From positions 64,086,788-64,150,787 of the forward strand of contig CM120640.1 of NCBI GenBank assembly GCA_051362555.1: a DNA stretch of 64,000 nucleotides. The letters run 5' to 3'. Within the stretch, counting starts at the first letter, position 1. The number at the start of each line of letters is the position of its first letter. Made by a program: the position numbers and the translations under genes. The notes beneath the pieces were generated by a model. It was not told the DNA's origin. It made no database searches and saw only the letters and a program-made list of their open reading frames with translations. The stretch is from Lingula anatina. Lineage: Eukaryota > Animalia > Brachiopoda. Shown one piece after another: positions 37,294-50,217 of this stretch.

Positions 37294-40200
37294 ATGACTG
37301 ATTTTATAGACTGGGAATCTTTGCCTTATTCCCGTGCAGGAGATTTAAAACACCGGAATCATAGAGGAACACTTCATAAAGATACATATTTCAAAGTGAT
37401 CAAAGCTGACATGATGAGCCATCTGCTGTTAAACAATTGGGAAGACGATCATTTTCGCATCCTGAGTGATTTCTGTGGCCACACAGAAGTAAGTCGTGTC
37501 TTATTTTCTTGTTTAGAATCTTCTTTTATTCAAATGAACGGAAATTGCTTCCAATTTTAAGTTTTAGAATTTTGCAAGATAGCCTCTGTGGAAACTTTTT
37601 AAAAAGACATATGAAAATTTCTATAAATGATATTTTATGACAAGAATTTTACTGAATTTTTAACGGACTTGATGAACAGATATATAAAGCCTATGTAACA
37701 TAATTGGATTTTCGACTTTAAAAAAAATTGTCATTACCATGTTTTTTCTTCAGCTAATATTTAGCAAGATCCTGATGGGATGCAATTTTGATTGTCCAGT
37801 TATAAGCTAGCAATGGTCACTGTAAAGACTGTGATTATCCTATTATTGAAGCTATAGATTACTGCACAGACAAGAGATACTGTACATGTAGCAGACTTAC
37901 CAACATTATCATTTTGGCACAAGTCAACCATTTTATCCTAACAAAGATGCTTTATATCATTTTTAAAGGTTGCTATAAAGATTGTAAACAAGAGGCTTGC
38001 ACCCACAGAGTACTGGGCTGATGTGCTACCCAGAGAACTACAAGGACATCAAGTTCTGTCTACCAGCAGCAGTTTTGTAAGTTGACAAACTGCATGACTG
38101 TATTTTTATGAAGCAATTTGGTATTTCGTCCTCATGCTACTGCTATGTTTTCCATGTTTACTTTTATCTTATGAGAAACACATTTATAACACTTCTGTTT
38201 AACAAGAGGTCAGTATAAGCAAAAGTACAATATTCAAATTTAAATGAATATATAAATACATCCTTATGTTTTTGGTGCTATATATAAGAAGATATATATA
38301 AATCTTTTTTCATTATGTAGGTGCATTATGAATAAGCCATCAAAGCTGTTTTCTTATAAAGGCTTGTATTCCATACAACTTACTTATCCAGTAAATCTTT
38401 TTCTTAGTTACAGTTTTATAAGACATTTGGCAACAAGGACTACCTTTACATAGTGACAGAATTCTGTGATGGTGGTAGTTTGAATAAACTGGTGCCAAAT
38501 GTGGATAATGTGAAAAAAACAAATTTGTCCAAATTAGGCCTAGATGAACCAAAAGCAAAGTCTATTTTTTCGCAAGTCTGCACTGCTGTTAATACTCTGC
38601 ACATCAGTGGGATAATCCACAGGTACATTCTTAAATCCATCTTCCAAAATATATATATATATAGTATTAGTTATGAGGTTTATTTTGGAAAGTTGGAATG
38701 ACACTAAGAAATACCCAGTTAATCTGTAAAATAGTCATAATCTGTGTTTTTTTTTTAGTTTTACTTTATATGGCTGTTAATAATAATATCTCAGTTAAGT
38801 ACAGAGTGAATTAATGAATTGATACATATTTTTAAAGATTCATGTGGTTTCATTTATTTCAGAAATATAACAATGGGAAATATTCTACTTGATTCATTTG
38901 AAGAAATTAGAGTCAAAGGTTGGTATTATTGATGAAACTGGCATGCACTTGGAACAGGTTACAAATGCTTTTATGATATTCCTGTCTTTCGTGAAACACA
39001 TTTAGCAATAAACAAGTGGATCAAATTACTGCTTATTTGTCAATCTGCTGCTTTTTCCTTTTTTTACATACATATTTCTTTCATAGGTTATGTTACATGA
39101 TAAAAATTAAGCTTTGCTAATGATATGAAGTGGGAGAAATTCTATAATTTTGATTATAAATGTATAGTTTTTTTGAAAAAAATATTTTTTTTGTTCAAGT
39201 ATTACAATTATTCTATAATTCATAAAAACAGCATATGTAAATAAATATTTTTGTTTGTCATTAAAAAGGGTTTAGACATATGGCATACTTTGACCCTGGA
39301 ACAAAAGCAATAATGTCTGAGAAAGGTGGAGACCCTCATTATACTGCTCCTGAAGTCTTACGAGGAAAACTGTATGATGGAAGAAAAGCAGACATCTGGA
39401 GTCTGTAAGTAGAACAAACGTTCTCGGGGGCAAATCCAAAGACATTTTCTGACAGTCTTCCAAATTATGTTTGTGATCCATCCTACATTTTTGGCATTTC
39501 TGACAGAAAAATGTAGATGCCCGTCAATGTAACCTTGAAAAATTCTGACCGTTTTCGGGAAGACCCAGAAGATGGCTTCCGTCTGCCCCTGATTCTGGTA
39601 AAAATAAGATATCCAAGATAGGAATTGCTAAAAAATTAACAATAAATAAATAAATAAATAAATGAATAAATTGGAGTTCTGGTCAAATAAATAAAAAAAG
39701 GTCAGATTGATAATTTCTATATTTTATACACAATGCCATGCAGCTTGGGTGTTGCTAAATCTCTCCTCTCTGAGTCTAGCAATTGCCTTAGATCAGAATA
39801 TAAAAGAAACTTATTTTTCATGAGATTGTGCCCTCTTGTACATTCAATTAAGTACTTGGCCTGTGTTTGGTTACAGTATACTGTAATGAATGATTGAGCT
39901 GAAAAGAATTGAAAACCGGATCAAAAACAGTTATATTGAGTCTGTCACACTAATAATTTGCCCCTATCAAATTCCTTATACTTTGTGAATATTCATTTTT
40001 TGTTTTCATGGTAAGATTTTGTGGCAGTGCCATCCAAAGATAAAATAAGCAATGATACTTATTTCTCATTTGAAATTTAGTGGAGTAGTATTATTTGCCA
40101 TGGCCACTGGAAGACTCCCATTTCAAAATTCCAATGAAGAAGATCTCATTGAAGATATGGAAATGGGAAGGTTCACTTTTGGTAAAGGCTTGTCAGAAGG

Positions 40201-42838
40201 TGAGTAAGATATCAGGAAAATGTGAAGACATATAAACATGCTCACATAGTTGCCTTATTGCATGTGCAGCTTTGGTTGACTTTAATTTTTTAAAATTCTA
40301 CTGCTTTGTCCATCTTTATCTGCCTAACGTTTATGCTTTGATCGTGTCTTTATTTTGCTTTGGTTTGCAATCCTTTTTCTGCTATTGATTTCTTTTGTTT
40401 TCTTTCTCATCTGTTATTTTCTCTGTTTCTTCTGTTCTTTTCTTATCAAAAAGATCTGACTGATCTGCTGCACAAGTTGCTAGCAGCTAAACCTTCAGCA
40501 CGTCCATCTATTCAGGAGGTCCTGAAGCATCCTTGGCTTACAGGAAAACCACATTCAATTCCTGACTCTGTCCCCAACACTCCATCCTTCGTGAGTCACT
40601 TCAAATACATGTACTTCATGTCATTGTGTTGTAGAAATATTGTTGTAGTTCATCCTTTAATACCCATAGCGAATAAGAAATTTATGAATAATGAACTCTC
40701 ATACACCGTGCTTTGTAAACATACTACATGATCGTTCAGTGGGCATCACCATGGCTATACTGTGAATCATAATCAGACAAAAATAAAATAAATTGGCAAA
40801 CATTGAAAGTTTAGAGTCATGTGAGCATAAGAATAAGGGGTGAAATGCAGTAGTTGAGTCACTCATGAATTGTGCTTGGATGAGATGCAGGGAAAATCAT
40901 ATAATGTGGTTAAGTATTTCGTAAAACGCAGAATATAATGCTTTTGATTAATGGTTAGATCTTACATTAAAATGTGTATATTTACAGAAAGAACCCCCTT
41001 TCCCTTGCATGGCAGCAAAACAAATCACCCTTCATAATAGGGGGCATGGTGATTCATCAACTGTTGCAGTGAAAAAGAACAGCTCATGGGAATCTGTAGA
41101 AGTTGTGCAGTTGAAATCGAGGATTCCTGGACAAAGTATGTAGAATTATATACATATAATTAAAATGATTTTTCCTTTGTATGCATATCAAGTTTTACCC
41201 CTCTCACCCCTAAATTAACTTATCTCCAAACTGCAAAATAGGCACCATCAGGCTTACTGAAGGAGCTTAGACAGGATTGCCAAGATTTTAATTTGGGGAA
41301 AGAACATAGATAAATTGTTTAATAAGTTGTAAATAGTAGAATGACATCTAAAACAATGGGAATCAAAGAATACATATAAATTCAATAAATTGTCAACACT
41401 GTTCAACAGTGAAAATGGGCACATAGCCAGGGGTTTAAACAAACAGCCCATTTGGTCTGGTAAAGGTTTGCTGTGGGCAAAATTTGATCCTGGTACACAG
41501 AGGTTTCATGGCAAAACTGGAAATTGGTGTCATGAATGTTTTAATTCAATCAAAGACATCCAGGCATTCAGATGAATTTTATAGAAGTGGCAATGTTTAA
41601 ATTGTGGCATATTCATGGAAGTTACATGTAGTCTCAGTTCTTCATAGAAATGATAATACCTATGCATTTTCCCAGGCAACCCATTATACAAAGCTGGTTT
41701 TGGTGCCAAAGATGCCCAAGCTGCAGCTAAGGTAGGACCTGTTTCACTATTAAAACTCAAAGCACATTTCTTTAAAGAAAAGCAAGATCATGTGGCTGCT
41801 TCAAGAATTAAAAAGAAAACTAGATTTAGTTCTAAAATATCCAAATCAGTTACCATTGGCTTTGTAATATCACATAATTATCTGTAAAGCAAATAATCAA
41901 AAGTAGTTCAACTATGCCTTCTTTTTATGTATCATTTTATCTATTTTCATCTTATGACCATATTTAAAAGTCTTTCATGATTTTTACTAGCAATGGTTTG
42001 CTTTAAGAAAATCCACTTTAAAATAAGATGTAAACATGGGATATTTTGAATTAACAGTGCTACCATGCCCCACAGCCACCAACAGCAGCAAAACCCTCAA
42101 GTTACCAATCACGTGCTCCTGTAAGGAGAGCCAGCATGCCTGAAACAGGCATATCTCAACCACCAATCAGCCTGAGAGGACATGCCTACAGGGTCAGAGA
42201 GAGACCACCTGTTACAAGGAAAACAATGAGCCAGACAACTGCTCCGTAATTGACACAAATTTTACTATACCTGTCTTTGAACTGTGTTCAACATTTGAGA
42301 GTTATATTTCTTTTTTCTTTTAAATGGGCAGGATAGTAAATATATAATTCATACCTTCATTTTAAACATGTAACTGACACTTTAAAAAATTTTAACTCAT
42401 TTATACAATATTCCACTCTCAATATAAATGCATTTTAAAATTTTGCTAAAAGTGGCAATTCCACCTCAGTAATGTGTCAAAATGTGTAAAAAGACCTTCA
42501 GCAGGCTTATTTATAGAGTTAAGACATATTAAAAATATCATCTACTTACAGATGAAATATTTGCCTTTTTTTACAGAACACACTTGGTACCAGCTCCACC
42601 ACAAACTCCCAAATCAACAAAGTGTCCTACTCTGTACCTGTCTAGCCGTAGGTCACTCAGGCCCAGCATGAAGACACAACTTGACACACTCAGTCCACCT
42701 CAGTTTGACGCTTGTGGTCACAGAATTATTGCCAATGCTCGTGCCTGTAAAAGTGTCGATGGTGGTAAGCCAGTGTCTCCTCTAGTTGATAACTGCAAGC
42801 TAAGACATCGCTCTGCATGTCCAGTCCATCACAACTGA
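37294..42838 (+). CDS. TSSK/AMPK-related (CAMK group) Ser/Thr kinase-like protein, predicted pseudokinase. Exons 37294-37488, about 37754-37877 (uncertain or disrupted), 37969-38076, 38408-38622, 38863-38918, 39269-39404, 40081-40199, 40454-40590, 40988-41135, 41676-41731, 42058-42245, 42577-42838
   Basis: [24 protein letters not shown] (TSSK-like); [13 protein letters not shown]; [14 protein letters not shown]; VKGFRH; [36 protein letters not shown]; [13 protein letters not shown]; then a Pro/Ser/Arg-rich tail. Confidence 0.82.
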
Positions 42839-43368
42839 GAGAATTTACACCAAAAAACCTGCTTCCTACAAACATTTTGGAGTAGAGGAGCTTTTAACAA
42901 AGCATATTTATTATAGTGTTTTTATTTTCAACGAAAATATACTCTCATTTGCCATTGAAATCAACCAGTTTTGCAACACATACTCAGTCTTACATCTTGT
43001 ATGTGTCTTATGTGAGCATAGTGCACTTTATACTGTGCATCATTTAATTATGTATACTATAATATATAATGATGTGGAACTTAAATTTTTGTATCATGCT
43101 CAGTGGCATTATTTGCCAAACATTATATACAAGTGATTTTAATGCCACCTTGTAAAATACTACAGTATGATGAAACATCAGATTTATGTTCACTAAGTTA
43201 TTAGACCAGAACTTTTTCATTACAGTTTGTATGTTTACCATCAAAGCACTTTCATTTCAACCATCTTGCTAGATGTTAATAGTAACAGTGCTATTGCTCT
43301 GCACATTTCATTGTAACAGAGACGCACTTTTAGATGTAACTGCTTTTGTTTAGGTCCATTTGGTGTAT

Positions 43369-43542
43369 GGGGGCGTCTCGATAGTCCGAAGGTTCATTGG
43401 TCCGAAGGTTCATTGGTCCGAAAAGTGGTAACATTTTTATCGATTTTTTAATCAAGGGTTCATTGGTCCGAAGGTTCTATAGTGAACATTCGGACCAATG
43501 AACCTTCGGACTATTGAACCTTCGGACTATCGCTACGGCCCC
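43369..43542. mobile_element. MITE with an 8 bp TSD and subterminal 16 bp tandem repeats
   Basis: TIRs gggggcgtctcgatagtccgaagg / ccttcggactatcgctacggcccc. Unit gtccgaaggttcattg repeated in both orientations. tggtgtat at 43361-43368 and 43543-43550. Confidence 0.88.
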
Positions 43543-45942
43543 TGGTGTATTGATAACATTGTAAACTTGTACATATATTTTTCAAAATTATTGCTCCTTT
43601 CAAACCACTGTCACAGTCCATCATTTGTACATAGGCTAATCAACGTTCTTCAGATATATGTACCATGTCAACTAAAATCTGGCACGGTTTATCAGTATAT
43701 GCAATTATATATATAATGCATAGGACTCACTGCATGGCATTTCAAAATGTTAAAATTGATTTTACCTCGTTGAGCAATTTGCCATTCCAATAGTGGGGGC
43801 ACTATTATGTTTCCTTTTAAATGTCAAAACGGAGTGGAGGCAATCCTTGTGGTGTCTGTTGTCAACTACCAGACCGCCGTAAGTGGAGGTGTGAAGGACC
43901 AACATTTGATCATTGCGTCGTGGCTTGCTCTCGGCGATCTCTTCAAGCGGCTCGGGCGCTGTTCCTGTCGAGGGCTGCCTTGTGTGCCGGGCCATGGAAG
44001 TCTCATTATACAGACTATTCTAGTTGTGTGGCGGCACTGGGCTGTTCAGCATTGCTGACACTGGGGTGCACTTATGGACACTTTGTTGTTGAGGTGAAAG
44101 AGTTAGGGCTGTGGTAATGTGGGGGAATTTGGTCTTGATCGTTGAGATTTGCATGTGACTTGGGAAAGGTGGCAGTGCTGCAGGGAGACCCAAGATTCTG
44201 TGGCGGTTTTTTTAGTGAACATTTGCATCTTTGGTGCAGCTGCTGCACGTAATGATGCATGGGTTGGCAAGGCGAAATCTACTATTGTGTTTTTTGTGCA
44301 ATACCCGTTTTGAGATGTCATATAATTTCATGGAATTACATCTTACATTTATTTGGTATTTCATTACAATAAAATCATCGATATTGTTTATATGACTTTT
44401 TTGTTCATGATTATAGAAAAAATTTTAATCTGCTTTAACAATTACACAAGGATTGTTTCAATATAATGTCATGTATTACTAATTCGGAATAACGCACGAA
44501 TGCCGGGGTCCCGTTGGGTATTTTCGTTACCCGGTGAAGCCACATTTTTATTTCCCGCGATGCGTGAAACGTTCATATTATTTAGCGTGATCCTTGAAAC
44601 ACCCCATTCCCGTGACTCGTATGTGCGGCATTTTATTCTTCGCCCCTCGTGAAACAGTCGTAATAGCTCGTGATTTGTAATCTTCAGGATTTTGACTGGC
44701 ATTACAAGTGAGATATGAATAAAGTTTTATTTACTGTGATTTGTGAATTGATTATTATATTTCCCGTGAACTGCAATCACTACCCCATCAATGGGGCTCT
44801 CATGATGTGATAAACGTGTCTTGGGGGGGGGGGGGGGAGGGGGAGGGCTGGAGGGGTGTTGACGCATGAAAAAAAGGTATGGAACAAAATTTTTAATTGT
44901 TACCCCTTAAATTATTCACCTTATGTATATTTTGAACCACTTGGCGCCAAACCTCAATATTTTCAACCTCTTGAAGTACATTTTGTCACAACTATGTCTT
45001 AACGTCTTTTTCACGTTCACACTAGGCCTAACAGAATCAACGGAAAATTTCCCTTTTAATTATCTTTCTGCACTATGCGCCGCATAAAATATTCATGTTT
45101 CAGGTTTGTGGAAATCAACTGGGGGATAATTGCTAGACAATCATAACAGCTCACAGATACAGAACGAAGACATCATACTACATACTGAAACACTATATCG
45201 AATACTACCCTCCACGGCTCTCAGAATATACGTTTTTTCTTTTCAGTGAAGATAAACACATCTTCATTTTTACAGTTTAGTGATTTTTCCTTCGCATCTG
45301 CATGAAACGTGGCTTTAACGCGATCTAGATAACATTTCATTTCATTTCATTAACTCGACTCAAAATGGATAACTTCGTTTTTATTGAAGATAACTTGAAT
45401 AGTCTGTTTTATTTGGCAATCATGATAGAGAAATATATATATTTTTTCGCTGATATGGCTGTGGAGTAAATTGTTTATTCTAGCGTCCAAAGAGAATGTC
45501 TAGAAACAGATAAAATCGCAATTTCTTGTTTTCCTCGGGAAATTAGATGTTTATTGGTACTGGCACCTTAATCGAGTATCCACTCAAGCGCTATCTCGCA
45601 AGTATGTTTACCTTACAGACCTACACCCATTAGAGAATAGGTGCCACAAAAAGTAGCTTTACTCTCTCTCTCCTGGAGCATCTTCCTGATACCGACCTTT
45701 ATTTTGTCTTCTTCGCTATACTTGATACCAGCTTCATGTAATCGCTGGCGTCATAGCAGGGACTAAACCAAATACTTGATGGACCAGAGAGACACAGAAA
45801 GTAGGGTTACTCGTTACAAAACTCGTTGGCAATTACTGTGGTAAATCGTTTCATGTACGCGAATCATTCACTAGACACGCATTTTCTATCGGTCTGGCGA
45901 AAAAAAAACTGTCCTTAGGAGTCATAACATGACGAGGCACTT

Positions 45943-48787
45943 ATGTGTATCATGTCTTGGCATACATTTCTTGTCCCATGTTCCCTGAAGTTTATTGTTG
46001 TGATTTCACTATTGTGGTTACCTTCCGCAACTGGATGCATCCTGACTGAAGACAGCAAGCCGTATCATACACCGACGGAGCAATACTTTGAACCTAGGGG
46101 ATTTTATGGTATGTTATATATCGCTCTTTTGATAATTGATCATTAATGTTAGTTTACTGTTCAGATATTACTAGGAATTTCAGAAAATCTGAAATTCAGA
46201 TGTGATAGGTATTAATTTTTAGTTTAAAAAGGGATAGTAAGAGTATCTGTTTGGAAATAGTTACTACTAACTTACTAGTTTTGTTTGTTATAGAATAAAA
46301 ACATGCTTATGGCTCATATTAAAGACGGGTTTTTTAAGTAATATCCTATTGCCTTGCGGTATCTGCATACATTTGTTATGTACAATTTTTATTGCATGTC
46401 TTGAGCTGATCATAGATATCACCCTTAGAGTACAGCCTTGCGTTTAGTTCTGGTCCCGGTTTCACAAAAAAACTTAAGTCAGGTTCCCTGGCTAAGAACT
46501 TAATAACCAAGGTTACATGGTCACATGGACACACCTTACCCTATCAAGAGCAGTGAAACAGCACCCTGATGGGAATCCTAGTCAACTTAGCCAGTGAACT
46601 GACTTAAGTTTTTTTTATGTGTGTGTGGAGGCACGTGCCCTCTCCAATATGTCACAGCTAGATGTTCAGAGTATCATGCTAACCCCATAGCTTGGTACTG
46701 AAAATGCATAGCACGTTTGCACCAGCATTGTCCAAACATCTCGAAAATATAAGCATACAGTAAGCCAAAATTGTTTGCAAAAACGAGTTACCACATGAAG
46801 CGAAGCTTTTAACAGCAATTACCCACAAAGTTCAACGAAATATCACGGCATTTCTTGGGTCTTATACGATTTGCTATTCCTATTAGAAATAATTGTTAAT
46901 TACTTCTGGAACGAAATCTCTTACATAGTTTTATGAAGTTGCCCAGTAAACTCATGTCATAAAAAGGTATATACGTACTGAATCGGCGTGCAAGTGAATA
47001 TTAAAGGAATAATGGAAAATTGGTTTTGTATGATAGGCTTTACATGTAGGTGACTGAGACTATCGAAATGTCGACACAAGTTTTTCGAAAGACAATACAC
47101 GGCAAAATTATAATTATGACATTGACTCGAACAAATTCAAACAAATTCAAACTCGATACTAGATATGTAATGTTATTGTACACATTTGAATGCGAAGCCG
47201 GTGTAACGAAACTGAGGGTCCGCCCTCCATATAGTTATAATGGTTATGGTTAGTCTGACCTTAGTGGGTCAAAATGTAGGCGAGGCTTACCTGTACAAAT
47301 GAATTGGAAGCGGACTCTTTATTATGGGGGACACTCTGTCACGGTGTGCGAATGCAGCCGCAAACTACAGGAAAGTCGTTTTTTATTACCTTGAAGTTCT
47401 TGGCATGCAGAATATTCTCCATGCATTCCAACGTCTTAACTGCATTGCATGGAATGGCACAGAATTAAAATTTACTAAGATAGCTCTCACACTCAATTCT
47501 TGTTGATTATCTTACCAATTCCCTAATGCATATGCTTTTAGTTGAAATGTCGCTTAGAATTATTTTAAAGTCACAAGAGTCATAAGACCTTGATTTCTTC
47601 AAGATATCCTTTCAAAATTGCTATTGGACAATATAACACAAGATCGGTGTTCAATGGAAAAATAAACTGACTGAATAGGCTTGAAACAGCTATTTCATAA
47701 ACGGGCAGGTGGTGGAAAAACAAAACTACGTTTGAAGCTTGATATCTTAAAGTTTACCATTACTCTTAAATACCCATACTTTTTTCTATGTTGTTCACAT
47801 TTGCACTATTAGTTAATAACATTCTGCCTTTATTACAATGTAATAACAAAACAGAAATGATTCCTAATTTTTAAATTGTGCTTATTTTCTTCCCTCTTTG
47901 TCCTAGTTAAATCTATGACAAATCCTGTCATTTGTTTTCTTGCATGCTGTGAGATACGTTAGTTTAATTAGATTTTCTAAACATTTGCAATTACAGGGAA
48001 TACATCAGACTTCACCCTGGTGACTGCACTCTTTGACATCGGGCGCCACAACTGGCACCACTTCAGCAGAACGAACGCTGCCTATTTGGAGTTTGCGCGT
48101 CACATTCTGAAGTTGGAATCTAATTTTGTGATTTACACGGAGGAGAAGTTCCGTCCTGACATTGAAAGGCTGAGAAAAGGAAAAATGCATAAAACGGAAA
48201 TGTTCATAAAGAGCAAAGAAGATTTTGAGCTAAGCAAACACTTTCTGCGAATAAGGACTATCATGTCATCTAACAAATTTAAAGATGGCCATGAAATGTT
48301 GGCTTACCCGGAAGGTTTTAGTCCGTGGTACGTAATTCTCACCAACACTAAACCCGAATTTGTGTACAATGCAACCGTTTTCAGTCGATTTAATACCAAA
48401 TTCTACTACTGGATAGACATAGGGTACGGCCACGGCAACAAGGCAGAATTACCTGCGACAGCATTTTGGGCACCGAAAAGCATCATGGAACCAGACGATC
48501 ATCGTGTCTCTTTTTTCGTCCGATTTAGAAAAATTCTATTATCTCTTAAATCTGTAGAAGTCATATACAAAAAAGCAATTGACACTCTGATTGTAGGTGG
48601 ATTTTTTGGAGGAACAAAGCATGCTGTAACTCAACTTTATTTTTTTCAGCGACAGGTTTTTGAACGTCTCCTTGAAAACGGTGTCATTGATGACGACCAG
48701 ACGATAGCAGTTGCCTGTATTCTCGAAATGCCGTCACTGTTTCGTTTATTAGATGGAGATTTTCCAGATGTTTTTAAACTGGAATGA
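45943..48787 (+). CDS. HtrL/YibB-family protein with N-terminal signal/anchor, about 318 aa. Exons 45943-46108, 47997-48787
   Basis: FTLVTALFDIGRHNW..RT..YLEF..ILKLESNFVIYTE, YYWIDIGYGH, IVGGFFGGTK and GVIDDDQT are motifs characteristic of the HtrL family. Phase-1 donor (G|gtatgt) and acceptor (ttacag|GG) join a hydrophobic first exon in frame. Confidence 0.8.
46450..46620. mobile_element. Degenerate MITE in the HtrL intron
   Basis: ctggtcccggtttcacaaaaaaacttaagtcag and inverted ctgacttaagttttttt; internal ctggctaag / cttagccag. Right end eroded, no TSD seen. Confidence 0.55.
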
Positions 48788-50168
48788 AACAATGAGGAAA
48801 ATGTCCAATTATATTTAGAAAAAACCCATACATGTTGTACTTTCAAACTCATGAAAAGAGATAAATGGAGATAGGAGTTAAAAACATCCCCGTAAACAAC
48901 AGCATACAGTGCATACACTATTTAAGAAACGGTAATACAATACGAGCTCATGAAAAGATAAATGGAAACACAAATTTCATGACCATCATTTTGAGGACAT
49001 ACTTCCTTCTTTAAGCTCAACTCATGGTCTTAATGCGTTATCAGATACACCAATAACCTGTTCATTTTTGTCTTAAGCAAAGCAACGTGCAAAGAAAAGT
49101 GATGTTCAGGTATGGTAGTCTGTGACACTGTGACACGAGTTTCTTTGAACATCTGTTGATGAATTTGGTTGATGACCACCATCACCACGTAAAGTATGGC
49201 ACTGCAGTGCTTTGGTGTCCAGCGAGAGATACACCTGTAGATGACAACATTTCCATTTCAATTAATAAGCTGTGAATTTATTTCAGTTTAATTTTGAAGG
49301 TATGTCGATTTCTATAGGGGTCTATGGGTGTCTATAGGGATACAGAAAAAAAAAACAGATTTATTATAAAAGCAATAAAAGCTGTGGTTTTATCAACAAA
49401 AGCCTTTTATTCCAACAAGCATTAAACAGTTATAAACAAAATCTTAGTAACTTCTAAGCTATGTTTTCTTGCGTGACATTAATGCCTACGCAATACTTGT
49501 TTTTTTACCACAACCTGGATTTTTATATCACTAAAGCTCAGGAAAATCGATTTTTCTACTGCTGTCAGATTCTTAAGGTAGGACTGCAAGTTGGAGATTT
49601 TATCTTAAACTAAAGGCCTTAGCTTTTTTTATTCCTGTTGCATTCATTTAATGCGTCTTCAAAATATCTAATTATGCTTGAAGCACAGCTCCAAGTTCAT
49701 CGTTAGACGTAATATTGGGATTTTTGGGTCAGAAACATTTCCGGTTTCCTGATTTTGTAAGGTATTTGAACAGCCATAAACATGCTTTTAATAGTATTAT
49801 AACACTTGAGCAAAGTAAAAGGGGCTCGCTCGGGGATTTTTCTTTAAATATTACTGTTGAGTTTTTATCTATAAAAACGTGATTTTTAGCCCTATTTGAG
49901 TATAGCCTCACCTTAAAATCACATTCTAAAATACAAAAAAGACTTCCCTTTTTGTATTATTTTGACGTTTCCAAATTTCTAACCAGTGCTACCTGAGATC
50001 CACTTTTGATTTCCGCGTCTTGATTATGGCAATAAATTGTCGATACTGAATGGTGCAAATAATATCATCCGAACAAAGAACTAGGACGCAATAAACGACA
50101 GAAGATAAGATGGAAGCCAGGCGCTTTGATAAAACGTGGATAAAACACTGTAAGATACAGTAGAAGAC

Positions 50169-50217
50169 AATAAATAAATAAATAAATAAATAAATAAATA
50201 GATAAATAAATAAATAA
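50169..50217. repeat. (TAAA)n microsatellite
   Basis: About 12 units with one TAGA variant. Confidence 0.9.

Noticed and set aside
39418-39600. Degenerate inverted ends (gttctcgggggcaaa / tctgcccctgattctgg); similar eroded elements near 44500-44800 and 52960-53160
   Set aside because: TIRs are too decayed and no TSD is visible, so boundaries cannot be supported.
43383-43530. CRISPR-like array of short repeats
   Set aside because: Repeats are adjacent without unique spacers, are mirrored, and lie inside TIRs with a TSD in a eukaryotic genome.
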